The notes under the pieces: generated by a model
The model's database searches: none
What the model saw: the letters and a program-made list of their open reading frames with translations, nothing else
What the model was told of the DNA's origin: nothing
Part shown: in pieces, positions 11,051-23,811 of the stretch
Numbering within the stretch: position 1 is the first letter of the stretch
How the letters are laid out: each line of letters begins with the position of its first letter
Translations under genes and position numbers: made by a program
Assembly (NCBI RefSeq): GCF_008831285.2
Contig: NC_045138.2
Coordinates: 62,001-126,000, forward strand
DNA length: 64,000 nucleotides
Source of the DNA: Nymphaea colorata
Lineage: Eukaryota
Reading direction: 5' to 3'

Positions 11051-13707
11051 CATCAATAGGCACGTCCACTTCTTAGATTGCATTGGTCTTCTGGTTTAGA
11101 AAGAATGGTTTTCTATTTATTTTTTTAAATTCAGTAAGATGGTAGTTCAGTTGTTCTTGCAAGATAACGTGGAGTTGTTAAGTTGTAGATGTTGTATTTC
11201 TGTGGATGTGGTATGTAGGTATATGCGTTTTTCGTGTTCTTTGAAGTGACAGGAAAAGTTCACCTTCAATTGAGTCAAACCTTTTTGAGCCACAAGCAGG
11301 TTTGCGAACTAATGACGTTACTTAAAATGTTCTTGCTTCTAACTTGACATTACTTTGTCCTTTGTTTCCATGAAAAATATGAGCCTTGCATGTGTTTGTG
11401 CATATATTTGTTTGATTGAGACAGTACATAATACAAATAATAGCTTCTTTGCAGAGGCTAGAAGAGATGGAAGTTCAGAATCTTCCTATTGAAAATGAAT
11501 TTGATGTTGTTGGGAAGTGAGACGCGTAATTTGCCTGCTCTTGGGGCTGCTATCAAAGAGATGTTGACATTAAGTGAGAAAAATGTTCAAATAGTTGTTT
11601 CAACTTGTCCATGGATTTCAAAGGTAACCTACCAAAGTTCACTATCACAGATTCGGAAAACTTTTATGCTTCTTTGATCCCTGTTTCTTTTTCTTTCTAA
11701 TAATATTGATGTATCTTCATCTGCAGGTGTGGAACACATTTGAGAAATAAAGGGGCTACACTTCGATGATTCATGGTAAATATATTCATAAGAGACACTT
11801 ACAACTGCATCATTTGCTGGTACCTACATCATTGTGAAAAAAATGAAAGAGGTACATATTTAGTGTGTAACACTTTTGATGTTTGATATGGTCATAGCTC
11901 TTCACATCCTCAATATCAATATCTGATAAATTGCATGTGATAAGCCAGGCAATATATGTTGGTGATTATGTTCTTAATGAAAAACTTGTTGGATCAAGTG
12001 GAACAAAAGAAGAATTTATGAAACTAATGTTAATTCCTTTCAGTTGACCAACTGCCATATTCACTTGTATGCTTCTATTTTGTGCTTTATATACTTCCAG
12101 AAATTCACTGTTGGCTGGATTTGATCCAGATACCTATGCAAAATGGGCCTTGCTAATCAAACAACTATGCTTTCAGGAGAAACTGAAGAAAATGTTAAGT
12201 TTCAATAGTGCTTAAGGTCTTATCAGTTGATTCTTTCCAATCTTAGACTCAAAGGCACATGTTTATGTTCTTTTGCCAACTTGTTAATAGTCAACCTTGT
12301 TGCATTTTTCTTCCAGGAAAACTGTTTGAAGAGGTCATGATGCCAAATATGGAATTGAAAACATTGACAACCATTTGTAAATTTCACTAGTGTTTGTGAT
12401 GCCACTCACGTACTGTTTTCCTTCATTTACACGATCTTTTATAACATGCACTTGGAAGGTTTTTCTTTTCTGCATTTTCAGTTACTGTTTATTTTTCATT
12501 TTGAGTTGTTCTCTCTAATTGTTGGCTTGCTATCTGTTAAGCTTTTCCCATAACGTGCATGTTTGCAATTTATGAATCTGCAAGACTTTGACATACTAAT
12601 TGACTTGTTTCATGGACATACGATACAATGAATCGTGTATGTTGGACTTCGAAGTAGAAGTTGATAAATTCTGTATTTTTATGTCATTTGGTGAAGATGC
12701 AATCCCTCTATCTCTCTCTCACTCTCAGTTACCTGCATCATTTGTCTATTCATTTTATGCCTGATTATTCTCTTCAAGCATCATCTGTCTATTTGATTTA
12801 TCCCTAATCATTATCTGCCAATATTTTCCTCATCATGTTGCAGTATGAAGAACCGGTTGAGAAAGGAAACTAGCATTATCCATTTAATCATTCTATCCCT
12901 AATAATCTTTTTCCAAGCATTAGCAAGTCAAGATGCCCTAGTTCACTATCAGCTTCTGGAGTCATGATTTTCGTATATTTCTTGAATGTGCTTTTGCAGC
13001 CTTGAGGGTATGTGCAAGGTGTTTATGCATTAATTGGGCTAAAGAATATGAATGCTTCAATCTGCAAGCACCCTTGACTTGAACGTTGTTTAGGAAAGTT
13101 GCATGAATATGAAAATTTCAATTTGCAAGCCTTCTCATTTTATACTATCCTTTAGTTTTGAACTCTCCTTAAATGGGCTCATTTGTCACTTGTATTCTCC
13201 CTTACCGAACCTCCTGTTATTATGATGCAGGTCGTTCGTTGAGGACGTTCTTAACAGGGTATTTGAGCTTAAACATGGGCAATCCTTGCAACTGGTTTAA
13301 GATCCTTCGCTGCACACTTCCATTGCTGTGTGGCACAGACAGCGGGAGGCCATTGTTGCTGTATAAGAATGTAGTCCTTTTGGTTAACATGTAAAATATC
13401 TGTTAATTGGGATGTCTCTCATTCTCTACCTGACGGAATCTCTGCATAGCATTATAGAATCTATTATGCATTGCAGACTGAAATAGACAGGAAAGAAAAA
13501 AAAAAAAGTAAACAGAAAAAATTGCAAGATGCCCATGTTGTTTTAATCTAATCAGGACAAAAAGAAAAACAACAATCTGACTTCCGCAGTTCCTTTTGCA
13601 CACTAGAATATTAATAATCTTTGACTTTTGGGTTTGCTCTGCAATTCAGAGCAGAGCCCTACTCATATGACTTATTATTTGGAAGAAGGAGAAAGAAAAT
13701 TGCTACT

Positions 13708-13709
<2 letters not shown>

Positions 13710-13779
<70 letters not shown>
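13710..13779. repeat. (TA)n microsatellite
   Basis: Uninterrupted TA run; source of the spurious poly-IY ORFs. Confidence 0.95.
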
Positions 13780-13783
<4 letters not shown>

Positions 13784-14669
13784 GTTTCTCTCAGTATCCT
13801 TATGCAATCATCGGGCTGTGTGTTTTAGTCATACCTACTAAATACAATGCATCAGGCGGCGGCTGTGATTAGATAGAACACAAAATGATCAAATATATGT
13901 ATATATATATGTGTGTGTGAAAGTAAGTGTTGTGGATTTTTTTTGTTTTCGAGTTTGGAAGGAGAAATGATCAGATCTCTCACAACATATTGTCTGTTGC
14001 ATTTGTACACCTACTCGATTGCTTTTGGCTCAAGAGGGCTCGAAGATCTCAACTCCTCTCTCTCTCTATCTCTCTCTCTCTCTCCTTTTCTGCTTTTTTT
14101 TTTAAAAAAAAGAGAAAAAAAAAAAAGAAAAAGAGAAGAAGGAACCAATCAATTAAGGGAGGAATCAAGCATCTGTTGCGAACATTCAGGAAGCTCTCTA
14201 GAATCTTGACAAGTGACAAGTACAACTTGGCAAAGATTCCCCCTCCCCTTTCATTCAATAACCGCTACGTGCTTCTCTACGTTGATCTTTAATCCAATCA
14301 AGAGCAGTATCTTCCACACGCGGAAGTCCTCGTTTTATTAATTTAGAAGGCTTTAGTAGTACGTAATGGTTTAAGTGAACTCATGATCAATTGGCACAAC
14401 ATCCATTCCTGTCTTATTCTAATTGACGTATTCACCTTGATCAATGCTATTAAAATCAAGTTAGGAACCGAATCAGTGAACGGAATCAATTTATTATTGA
14501 AGGACCTTCTGTCAATGTTATTCTGGAAAAATTGCTCGATAATTTAACTTCATGGATCTCTCAAGCTTTAAAAGAGATTTGGAAAAGAGAACCAGTTTGT
14601 TTTTTTATGTTTACCTTTAAAAAAACTGATTATTTAGATATTTTGGGAAGAACATGTATTCTTAATTAA

Positions 14670-15079
14670 GGGGCGTTTTATGAGGTAGGAATTGTGGAAT
14701 TTTAAAATTAAAATTCTCATTTTTTATGAAATGAGAATTACATTATATATATATATAAGAATTATGATTCCAGAATTGTAGGTTCGTTCTTGAATCAAAA
14801 GTCCGAATTTGTGATCATACTGTAGGGGTTGGAATTATGTTTCCAGAATTTTTTCATTTTTCTTTAAGGCACATCTCATGATGATTTTAATTCATCAATT
14901 TTACAATTTTAATTCAGGTTTTATTGAACACATCATTTTCAATTTTAGAATTAGAATTGTATCTACCAAACACAAAAAGGAACTAGAACTGGAATTTTCA
15001 TTCGAATTCCAACTTGAGGTAGGATTTTGTTTTTAGAATTTTAATTCTTGAACCAAAATTCAATGCCATCAAACACCTC
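14670..15079. mobile_element. Tourist-like MITE
   Basis: Ends GGGGCGTTT / AAACACCTC with TAA at or next to both ends; internal GGAATT-rich repeats. Confidence 0.55.
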
Positions 15080-15469
15080 ATAAATGATTAAAACATTTAG
15101 TTCTTCATTATAATAAGGAGAGAAAGAAACGTAGCAACAAAGGGTTTCTAGCGTCCACTAGGATGTTTTATATGCGATCAACATCAAGATCTTGTTAATA
15201 GTGAAGAGGAAGCTTGTTTTTATATACATAAGCCAAGAAAATTATCAAAGGGACTCTGGAGCAGAAAGTAAGCTGGAGAAAGACACTGAAAAGACCAACT
15301 TCTTTGATGTGAAAATTCTACCCATCAAATATTTGTTTTTTCAGTTCTAAAGAAAAAATGTACATTTTTTTTTCATTTACCTTGGCTTCTTCTTTCCACT
15401 AGGTTAGTGTACACAAAAGAGACAAGTGGGCCAGTTTTCTTGACCCAATAAGCCTAGTAAGACCAAAAT

Positions 15470-15832
15470 CATAACATCAAATTGATCAGATTCGGATTGG
15501 ATATTTGAACAAACTACTTTAAAAAGTGAGAAATAGAAAAGCTTTCAGATTGTAAGCAACAATATGGCGAGCTAAATCTTCCTATATCTGATATTCATAC
15601 ATTTCAAAGTCTAACATATAGTTAATAATGCAGTTCTGATTCAGTGAAACGTAGGATTGAGATTTTATTCAGATTTGATTTTGGTTTTGAATTTAAAAGC
15701 TAAATTTGAATATGCATGGATTTGTTTGATTTACATTTGAATATGAATCCGAATCCGAATATGCAAACATTCCATAAAATATAGGTAAATGGTACATGTG
15801 TTTGATTCGAATTTGATCCATTGACATTCCTA
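15470..15832. mobile_element. decayed hAT-type MITE (GGATCGGAT/ATCCGA family)
   Basis: Right end GATCCATTGACATTCCTA and ATCCGA repeats match the intact copy at 16296-16730; left end eroded. Confidence 0.65.
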
Positions 15833-16295
15833 TCATGATTTACGGGTTTATAAATTGCAGCTAACCAATCAAGATAAACTATTGAAAGTCTTCGCTTAAA
15901 CCAAAATACATGCCTATATTTCTTTTTTCTTGAAATTGTCTAGGAGCAGGTTCGAATCCATCAAATCAGACACTGGGGTCAGTTTTGGAACGATGTATAA
16001 GATGTCTAAGATTAATTGTACGTGCTTTTAAATCATGCTTTTTCTGGGTTAGATTGAGGAATTCCAATGCAAGCCTGCAGGGGGAGTTTCTTAATAGACA
16101 ATAACAAAGGGTCTCAGACTTGAATACGAGAGAAACAGGTCAGATTCAGGAAGTCACAAGCTCAAACTGAGCTATTGATTTTGTTGTCATTGTTTTTGCA
16201 TGTTGTTCTTACTGAACAAACTATCAATTCAGGTGAGTAAGAGGATTGATCCCACCGTCCGAGTGAGAGATGAAGCCTTCCCCCCTTCTTCTTAC

Positions 16296-16730
16296 TAGGG
16301 ATGTCAACGGATCGGATTCAGATCGGATATATCCTTAATCATATCCATTTTGTTCGGATATTCACATATTCAGATTTTGATTCGAATAAAGAAAAGTCAT
16401 ATCCGAATCCAAATCCGATTTTACAATCCGAATATGATCCAAATCCGATTTTTATATTTATATCTGAATCTGAATTTTGAACCGGATTTTGCCAATTTTT
16501 AAAATTTAATAGCATTAGATACTGGATATTTGTCTAAAAATGAATCTGATCTGAATCTGTATCTAAATCTGATCGAATATTTATGTATATCTGAATCTGA
16601 TCAGATGCCATTTATTAAATTTGAATCCAATCTGTTTTCTTAATCAGATATTAAACTTTTTTTGATATCCGACTTTTTTGGATTGGATTGGTCTGATATC
16701 TGATTTAAATCAGATATATTGACATCCGTA
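16296..16730. mobile_element. hAT-type MITE (GGATCGGAT/ATCCGA family)
   Basis: TIR TAGGGATGTCAA / TTGACATCCGTA; perfect 8-bp TSD CTTCTTAC at 16288-16295 and 16731-16738. Confidence 0.92.
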
Positions 16731-18447
16731 CTTCTTACTCTTAAGGCTCAAAACTGCGTTGATACCAATCGGTAAAATCTTCATGTGCTTCAACTTGCAT
16801 GTAGGGACCCTTTCCTTTTTGGTACAAGAGCATATACCCGATGGCTCAAATTGAAGACAAGGTATATAATACATCCCAACCTGCCCATTTGAACTATGAC
16901 CTTCGGGGCCACGAACTATGAATTAGAATATCGCATTCTTTACTTTTTAAGTATTCATCAAGTCGCTTGACCACATGACTTTTTTTAACTGTGGAGCACG
17001 CAAGAACATGCGGCACGCAATCTAATTGTTCTATGCATGTTGCTCTTAAGATAACATTCAAAAAGGAAGCAAATAGTGAGGATGATACACAATAAAGTAA
17101 AATATTGAAAGCCCCTTTTAGGCTTTCGGTTATTCTTTTTGTAGAGGGATGGGTTAGGAGAGACTTGTCTGTTTATGGACTCTCCCTATTGAACTATGGA
17201 CTTCCTTTAACTTAAAAGGTTTTATCTACATCATTAATTGTTTAATTAGTAACTAAACCAAACTCTTATGGAAAAAATAAAAGTTTTACTTTTTTATTTT
17301 TTTATTCTACTCGGAGAAACCAATCGGGAATGAGAGACTTTGTCGTTTGCCTAAAACATAAAACCCTCAAGGTCATTCCCTTCCCCTCACTCCCCACCCA
17401 ATGGTCGCATGGCATGTGTTGGCTTGTGCGAAGGGCAGGTGTCTGATCCAACCAAGTGTGCTACATCCAGGAGCGGAACCAGAAATTTTTCATGAGATTG
17501 GTCCAATTAAAGTTTCTAAATTTTCACAAGGCCGAAATATCGTTTTTCAAGATTTTTATATAAGACAAATGATATTTTTTTAAATTTGCATTTTTTTTTG
17601 AGGGGGGAAATTTTCTTTTATCTAATTGTGATGTCTTTATTCGTTTTAAAATCAATTTTCTTTTAGTTCAAATTTTAGTGAATTAAGGAATTTTTTTTAT
17701 CATTTATCATGCAAACACAACCTAATATTTTATAAATGTTGTTGATTTGGCTTGCTTTTGCATGTTGCCTTTTGTTGGTAGCCAGTAAAACTTTCCCAAG
17801 GTCCGATATTGTTATCCATGCGTGTGCGGGGCAACGAAGGGCAGGAACTGCAACTTGGTTGATGTAAAGAAACCCTATCCCCTTAAAAAGTTATTTTTTA
17901 ATTAAATAATATATTAAATAATTATTTTAAAATAACTATGGGGGCTCTTGAAAATTTCCAATTACCGGGAGATATATATCCAAGTTTTTGAATAAAAAGA
18001 TTTACGTGGATTGCAATATGAAGATGTTTTTTTTTCTTTTCTTCCATTTGTTTAATCTAATTCATGGCTGTCCTTTATGCGTTCTAGATGCATACAAACA
18101 GTAGGGGAGACAGCCTACGTGGTGATGACCAGTCCCATTGTTCATTTTACATATATTTGGTAGGTTTGTAGCTATGGTTGCAATTAATTATATGCTTAAC
18201 TATCTTATTTTAGTGGATGTTCATTATCGTCGTCACCACCCTTCATATTCTTATTATTATTATTAGGAGGGCTTTCTCCACATTAGTGGGGAAGCGATTA
18301 ACGTATCCAGTTTTTTTTTTTTTTTTTTTAAGATTGTGCGTTGTTTTGACCATGGTTAGCAGCTTACCATAGTTATGCAGCCTGTAAAATGAACCCTAAA
18401 GTTGAAAATACTTGTATTGTTCTCTCTTTTGTATAAGCAGCCCTGGA

Positions 18448-18729
18448 TAAGCCTGGGCATCGGGCTGGGCCGGCCTGACATCCAAAAGCTGAGCCCGGGC
18501 ACGGCCCGACCCAGAAAACCCGATTAAATTTAAAAGTATTTTTTTAATAAAAATTATATAAATATAATTAATCATAATAAAATATTATAAATATATATAT
18601 ATATATATATATAAATTAATAAAAAAATTAAAAACTCATTATCAGGCCGGCCCGGGTTCCTTTTTTCCAGGCTCGATTCGGGCAAGGTACCAGATACCCG
18701 GCAGCGGCCTGGCCCCGTGCCTAAGCTTA
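18448..18729. mobile_element. hAT-type MITE (GGGCCGGGCC family)
   Basis: TIR TAAGCCTGGGCA / TGCCTAAGCTTA; degenerate TSD GCCCTGGA / GCTTTGGA (6/8). Confidence 0.85.
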
Positions 18730-19466
18730 GCTTTGGATGATGTGGTAAAGGGAAAGGAAGAAAAAGGGAAAGACATTTTGGTAATTTGTTAAAAAAATAT
18801 CCTTTATAGTCTTTTCATTTTTTTCATTTCTATTTTGTCTTTATAAAAAAGTTTTTTTAAGTGTGAACTAAGGGTATTTTAGTTATTAATTATATTAGCA
18901 CACGAAAATTCATGCACCAGTATGAGGTTCGTCTTCAAGGTATCTCCCTTTTTTTTCTTTTTTCTTTTCATGAGAATACAAGTTGGTCATTCTTTTAATG
19001 ATAAGTTCTTCAATTTTTCATTGGAATTTATATGTTCTCCAAGAACTTATCTAGGTATGGTTAAATTAAACCCGAATCCAAAAAATACATTACCCAACTA
19101 AAAGTTTTCAAATTTTTTTAAAGTAGACTTTTTTTTTCAGGGCCACCCTGCCTCTATCTAAAGAGGATCAAATAGTGAGCTACAGTGCTGCCATAGTTGT
19201 AGGGAAATTCTTTGTCTTTTCAAACCACGTAAATCTTTGTGTTCTCATCTTTTTTTCTTTTGCGGATTTGAACAATGTGAATGTTAGAGAGGAGCATCAC
19301 CAAGTGGAGGAAACTGCTTCAGAATATATTCTATTAAATTACGGAGATAAGCATCTTAATGCATAAAATTAATTTATGTCGAAAGCCAATGGATTTACAG
19401 ACTAAGAGATCGACAAAATGAGATGAAATTTTGAGGAGAGTTTTAGTTCCAAGTCAGCAACCAGAT

Positions 19467-19605
19467 TGCAATCACAACATTGCACCCTTTAACTTGGATA
19501 TCTATCTACCACTTATGATACAAAGGCATAGAGCTCACGGGAATTGAACTAGAGACGCACCTCTTCACGTGTCCCTAGCCCGACCACTCATGCTACGACC
19601 CTTGA
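19467..19605 (-). mobile_element. probable tRNA-derived SINE
   Basis: Minus strand has Pol III box A TAGCATGAGTGG (19595-19584) and box B GTTCAATTCC (19549-19540) at tRNA-like spacing; possible TSD AGCAAC(GG)CAGAT at 19456-19466 and 19606-19618; no convincing cloverleaf. Confidence 0.6.
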
Positions 19606-20638
19606 AGCAACGGCAGATCCGGTTCAAAACATCAAATTTGCAAATATAATTCAAATACAATGTGTGAGCATGCTTCTAAAGTAGCTGCTGTCATGCTTCC
19701 TTCATAAGCTGGGCGTTTTTGGGTTTTTTTTTTTAATATTCCCTCACTGATTGTTAATACTTTTTTTATTCTTTAGAATATCATCTTTGCTAGGGCTAAT
19801 TATTTGGATTGGGAGAATAAATAGCCGGTTGGATGCATTGAAGCATCCTAAAGGAAAAGATGGTTTTGTAAAAAGTAGAAAAAGAAATCTGAAATTTGGA
19901 GAACAGCCAAGGTGGGGACAATTCATGGAAGAAGTTTTCTTATTAATAATTAGTTAGTAACAAGCAAAAAGAAAATAAAAGAAAATTTTCAAAAAGGCAC
20001 ATAAAATTAGAACAAATTTAAAATACGTCCAACTTTTTTTTGTCATAACCACACCTTAAGTCTTTCCATGCTTAATTTAAATGATTCTTAATTCATTTTT
20101 GTCAGGTCTAATTAGGTTAGTGAAAGAGTTCTGTATTTGACTTCTAAAAAGATACAGTGTCTCAAAATAGATTCAAAACTTTATGAATTAGCTGAAGTCT
20201 TTCTTGGGTAATTTTCTAGCATTGATAAAAAATGTTCATCTATCTAATGATACTAATAAAAAGTGATTAATTTGAATACGGTTAGATATTAACGAATGTT
20301 ACTAAGTATATATAGTTAAGGATGCTAATACAAACTGAAAATAAAAATAATTTGTAGTAAAGGTATTTTAGTCATTTTTTTCATTAACCAACCTTAAGGA
20401 AGTGACCGCTTGGGGTTTAGTCAACAAAAGGTGACTTCATATGAATGTTGTAAAACTCTGATGTGTTTTTGGCAATATCAAAAAGTTAATTTTTGGGTTC
20501 AAGTGAAAAATATAATATCCGTTAAAATAAAACCTTCTTGCAAAGGACACACTTTCCATAACTTTTTTAATCACTAGGTTAAGGTCCCTCTCTATCTCTC
20601 TCTCTCTCTCTCTCAATTTGATAGTGAGGTTCTTTTAT

Positions 20639-20869
20639 TGAGGTGAGCATCGAGCCTGGTACACCTCAGGTACCTACTACTCGGCCGATCGGGGCGGTTA
20701 CTTTGGCTGACCCAACCTGATGGGAGCTGATAAGTTTTTAATATTATTTTTTTTATTAATAAAATATATTTCATATTTTAATTTTTTTATTTTAACCGGA
20801 CGGGGCCTGGCCAAGCTCAGGTTTCGAGCATCAGGCTCCATTCTTAAGCCCGCCCAATGCCCAGGTCTA
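20639..20869. mobile_element. hAT-type MITE (GGGCCGGGCC family), decayed
   Basis: Right end ATGCCCAGGTCTA; TSD TCTTTTAT / CCTTCTAT (6/8); GC-rich arms and AT-rich core. Confidence 0.75.
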
Positions 20870-20914
20870 CCTTCTATCTCACTCTCTCGCACAATAATTT
20901 GATAAGTTGTGAAG

Positions 20915-20952
<38 letters not shown>

Positions 20953-21469
20953 ATAATTTGATAAGTTGTGAGAGGGGTCCAATGTAAGAGGTTTACGACC
21001 CACCGCTCAAAAAAGAACTTGAACACCTTTGTTCCTATCTTTAGGGTCATGGGTTGTATTGGCATCGACGATGGCAACAATATATTTTTCAACTTAGGTA
21101 TTGTGTTAGATATTCATTGGAATAGAAGTAGAGATACGTCTTTTTCACGTGTTCCTAACCCGGCCAACTATTTTATGCCCGTTGAGGCAACTGTTTAACT
21201 AATTCATCTCACCCTTTCATGTCAACTTCATCAAATTTATCATCTAGTTTTTTTCTTTAACCACAAAGAATCATTAACTTGCAAAAAGCAAATAATGTGC
21301 TAAACTAATTAAAAGACAAACCTGAGACTCTTATCTATGTGCATTCTTTCATTTTTTAATAAAAGTTGGGAGACCCACTCCCATAAAGGTTATCTTATCT
21401 TGGCGAAAATAGGGAGTTGACCCGAGGCTGAAATAAAAAGAATCATTAACTTGCAAAAAGCAAATAATG

Positions 21470-21520
21470 TTATATATATATATATATATATATATCTATA
21501 TATATATATATATATATATA
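21470..21520. repeat. (TA)n microsatellite
   Basis: TA run with one interruption. Confidence 0.9.
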
Positions 21521-22232
21521 AGTTGGACCATTCAATTATTTTATATATATATAAAAAAGACAACTTAAAATGATATAGAAAGGAAAAGTTAAGATTTCTA
21601 AAAAAATCGACCTAAACGAAAGTATGTCACCTTCTAAGTCATAAATATACATGGCATATTAAGGTTATATATCTCTAGAATGCCTTTTAGCATGCATCAG
21701 TTTAAGTAGTTTGATTTTGGTCTCCAACGCAAGCAGTAAGTGTACACACATAGATATCCCAAGTTAATGAAAAAGATTGATTATTCCAAAGAAAAGGACA
21801 AGACCAAACCCTAAGGATGGTGTTTGATAGCCTTGGATTTCATGTCCAAACCGGATCTAAAATCTGAGCTGTGTGAGACCCACTGCTTAAAAAACGAGAT
21901 TTCGTTGTTTGGTCAAATAACAAACTCACTCAGCTTTTGAATTTGAAAGAGATTCTTAAAGTGCTTACTTATTAGAAGAAAACACTATTTTTGGTATAAT
22001 AACGAAACTGCCCATTTTTAGAACGAAACTTTCTTTCCTCTACCAAGTAAGGAGGTTCTTTATCATTATGTATTGAAAAATAATGACTTCTTCCATCAAG
22101 CGGATCCAAAGCTGAGGTCCTGTTTTTTCTAACTTTTAAAATTTAAGCTATTTGCCGACACATGAGCAACCTTTTTTTTGTAAGTCTTTTGTACATTGTA
22201 ACTGCTGATTTGATGAATATAGATATTGCAGG

Positions 22233-22412
22233 CAGGGACGGAGCCGGGGCCCACATGAGTTCTGACTCCACCTCAATTTGCAAATATATATATAAATTTT
22301 AAAAAAATTTATTTGTTATACATAAATATTTTGAAAAATGATATTTCGGCTCGTGTTAAAATTTAGAAACTTTAATTGAGCCTCTTATAAAAAGTTTTTG
22401 GCTCCAGCCCTG
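22233..22412. mobile_element. short hAT-type MITE (CAGGGGCGGAGCC family)
   Basis: TIR CAGGGACGGAGCC / GGCTCCAGCCCTG; TSD ATTGCAGG / ACTGCAGG (7/8). Confidence 0.88.
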
Positions 22413-22885
22413 ACTGCAGGTTATTTAAATATACGACAACTATTCACACAAGTGGGTGCAGGAAGGAGTATGCATATTTGAGAGACAAACACGATTCTGC
22501 CAAGATAAGTAATGCTAGCATTGGGAATAGCCGCCTAGTGCGCAACCAAGTAGTAGAAAGGTTTTTTGTTGGATGCAGTTCGTTCTTGTGTTGGATTAGG
22601 AAAAAAAAGAAGAACTTGCTTACAATTTCAATTGATTGGTGCTACATTGTTTTTTTATTTATTTTTATAATAAGTTAAGATGGTAAGATGGAATAAACCC
22701 GCTAATATTCCTGCTAATATTTTTAAGGCATCTGTGACGGAATGACAAGCAATCATACCGGAAACATAGTGTTTCATGAATCTTTCTCAAAGACCAGGCT
22801 ACTTCACTTGACCGTAGAATGAAAGCACACGCCTAGAGGAGAAAATAATAATACCTAGCTACTGGCGGCGCTAGTGTGCCAAGCC

Positions 22886-23053
22886 CAGGGGCAGAGCATT
22901 AGCCCCGACCTCACCTCAAAAAAGATTTTTTAAAAAATTATTATACGTAAATTTTAAAAAAAAATCACTTGTACTATATAAAAATTTTGAAAAATGATAT
23001 TTCGGCCTCAATCAAAATTTACAACCATGAAAAAATTTCTGGCTTTGCCCCTG
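22886..23053. mobile_element. short hAT-type MITE (CAGGGGCGGAGCC family)
   Basis: TIR CAGGGGCAGAGC / GCTTTGCCCCTG; perfect TSD GCCAAGCC; internal similarity to 22233-22412. Confidence 0.9.
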
Positions 23054-23714
23054 GCCAAGCCCCTCTGTGTCTGCATATTCTATTATTGAATTTTTAGGTT
23101 GCCGTTTCAGCCATGTGAGCTAAATGTTTTTGGAAGGGCACTAATTCATAGATTTTCATACCTAAAAGAGCACTTACATGTATGACAAAGTAAATCTTAA
23201 ACAATATTAATGTAAAAATGAAAGAAAATTGACAAGCTGGTGCCCACACCAGTCTATATGTCGCTCCGCCAATGCTATCAAGTCAAATCTTCCTTTATCT
23301 TCCTTTTATACAAGTACTGTCCAATAAAGCATCTGCTGGGAGCGAGCTTCCCCTTGCATTCCCCACGAGTATGATATATACAGCAAAAGAGCAGAGCAAA
23401 AGCAAAAGACCATGGCAGCAAGGAAATCACATAAGAACACCTGCCGATGGGAACAAAATAAATAAAACCAGAAAGCAAAACATAAGAATGCTACCACATC
23501 AGACCTATTAGCATCTGAATACGCTCACGAATAACAGAACCAAGTCGCCAGAAGTTAGATGCCGCAAATTGTGACTTTAGCACAAAGGAATCTCAGATGT
23601 GATTTTTTTATGAAACTTATATATATATATATATATCATTAAAATAAGTTTGGGTGTTTTTTTTTTGTCATTGAAAATTGTTGTAAAAAGTATAATCCCA
23701 CGGTTTTTAGTGTG

Positions 23715-23717
<3 letters not shown>

Positions 23718-23808
<91 letters not shown>
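23718..23808. repeat. compound (TA)n(GA)n microsatellite
   Basis: Adjacent TA and GA runs. Confidence 0.95.

Positions 23809-23811
<3 letters not shown>

Noticed and set aside
13621..14292. ORFs with poly-IY, poly-SL and poly-K tracts
   Set aside because: Translations of microsatellites and homopolymers
15949..15960. GGTTCGAATCC, a perfect tRNA box B
   Set aside because: No box A or cloverleaf upstream
23338..23365. GAGCTTCCCTTGCATTCC, loosely like a miR159/319 arm
   Set aside because: Several mismatches and no complementary arm nearby
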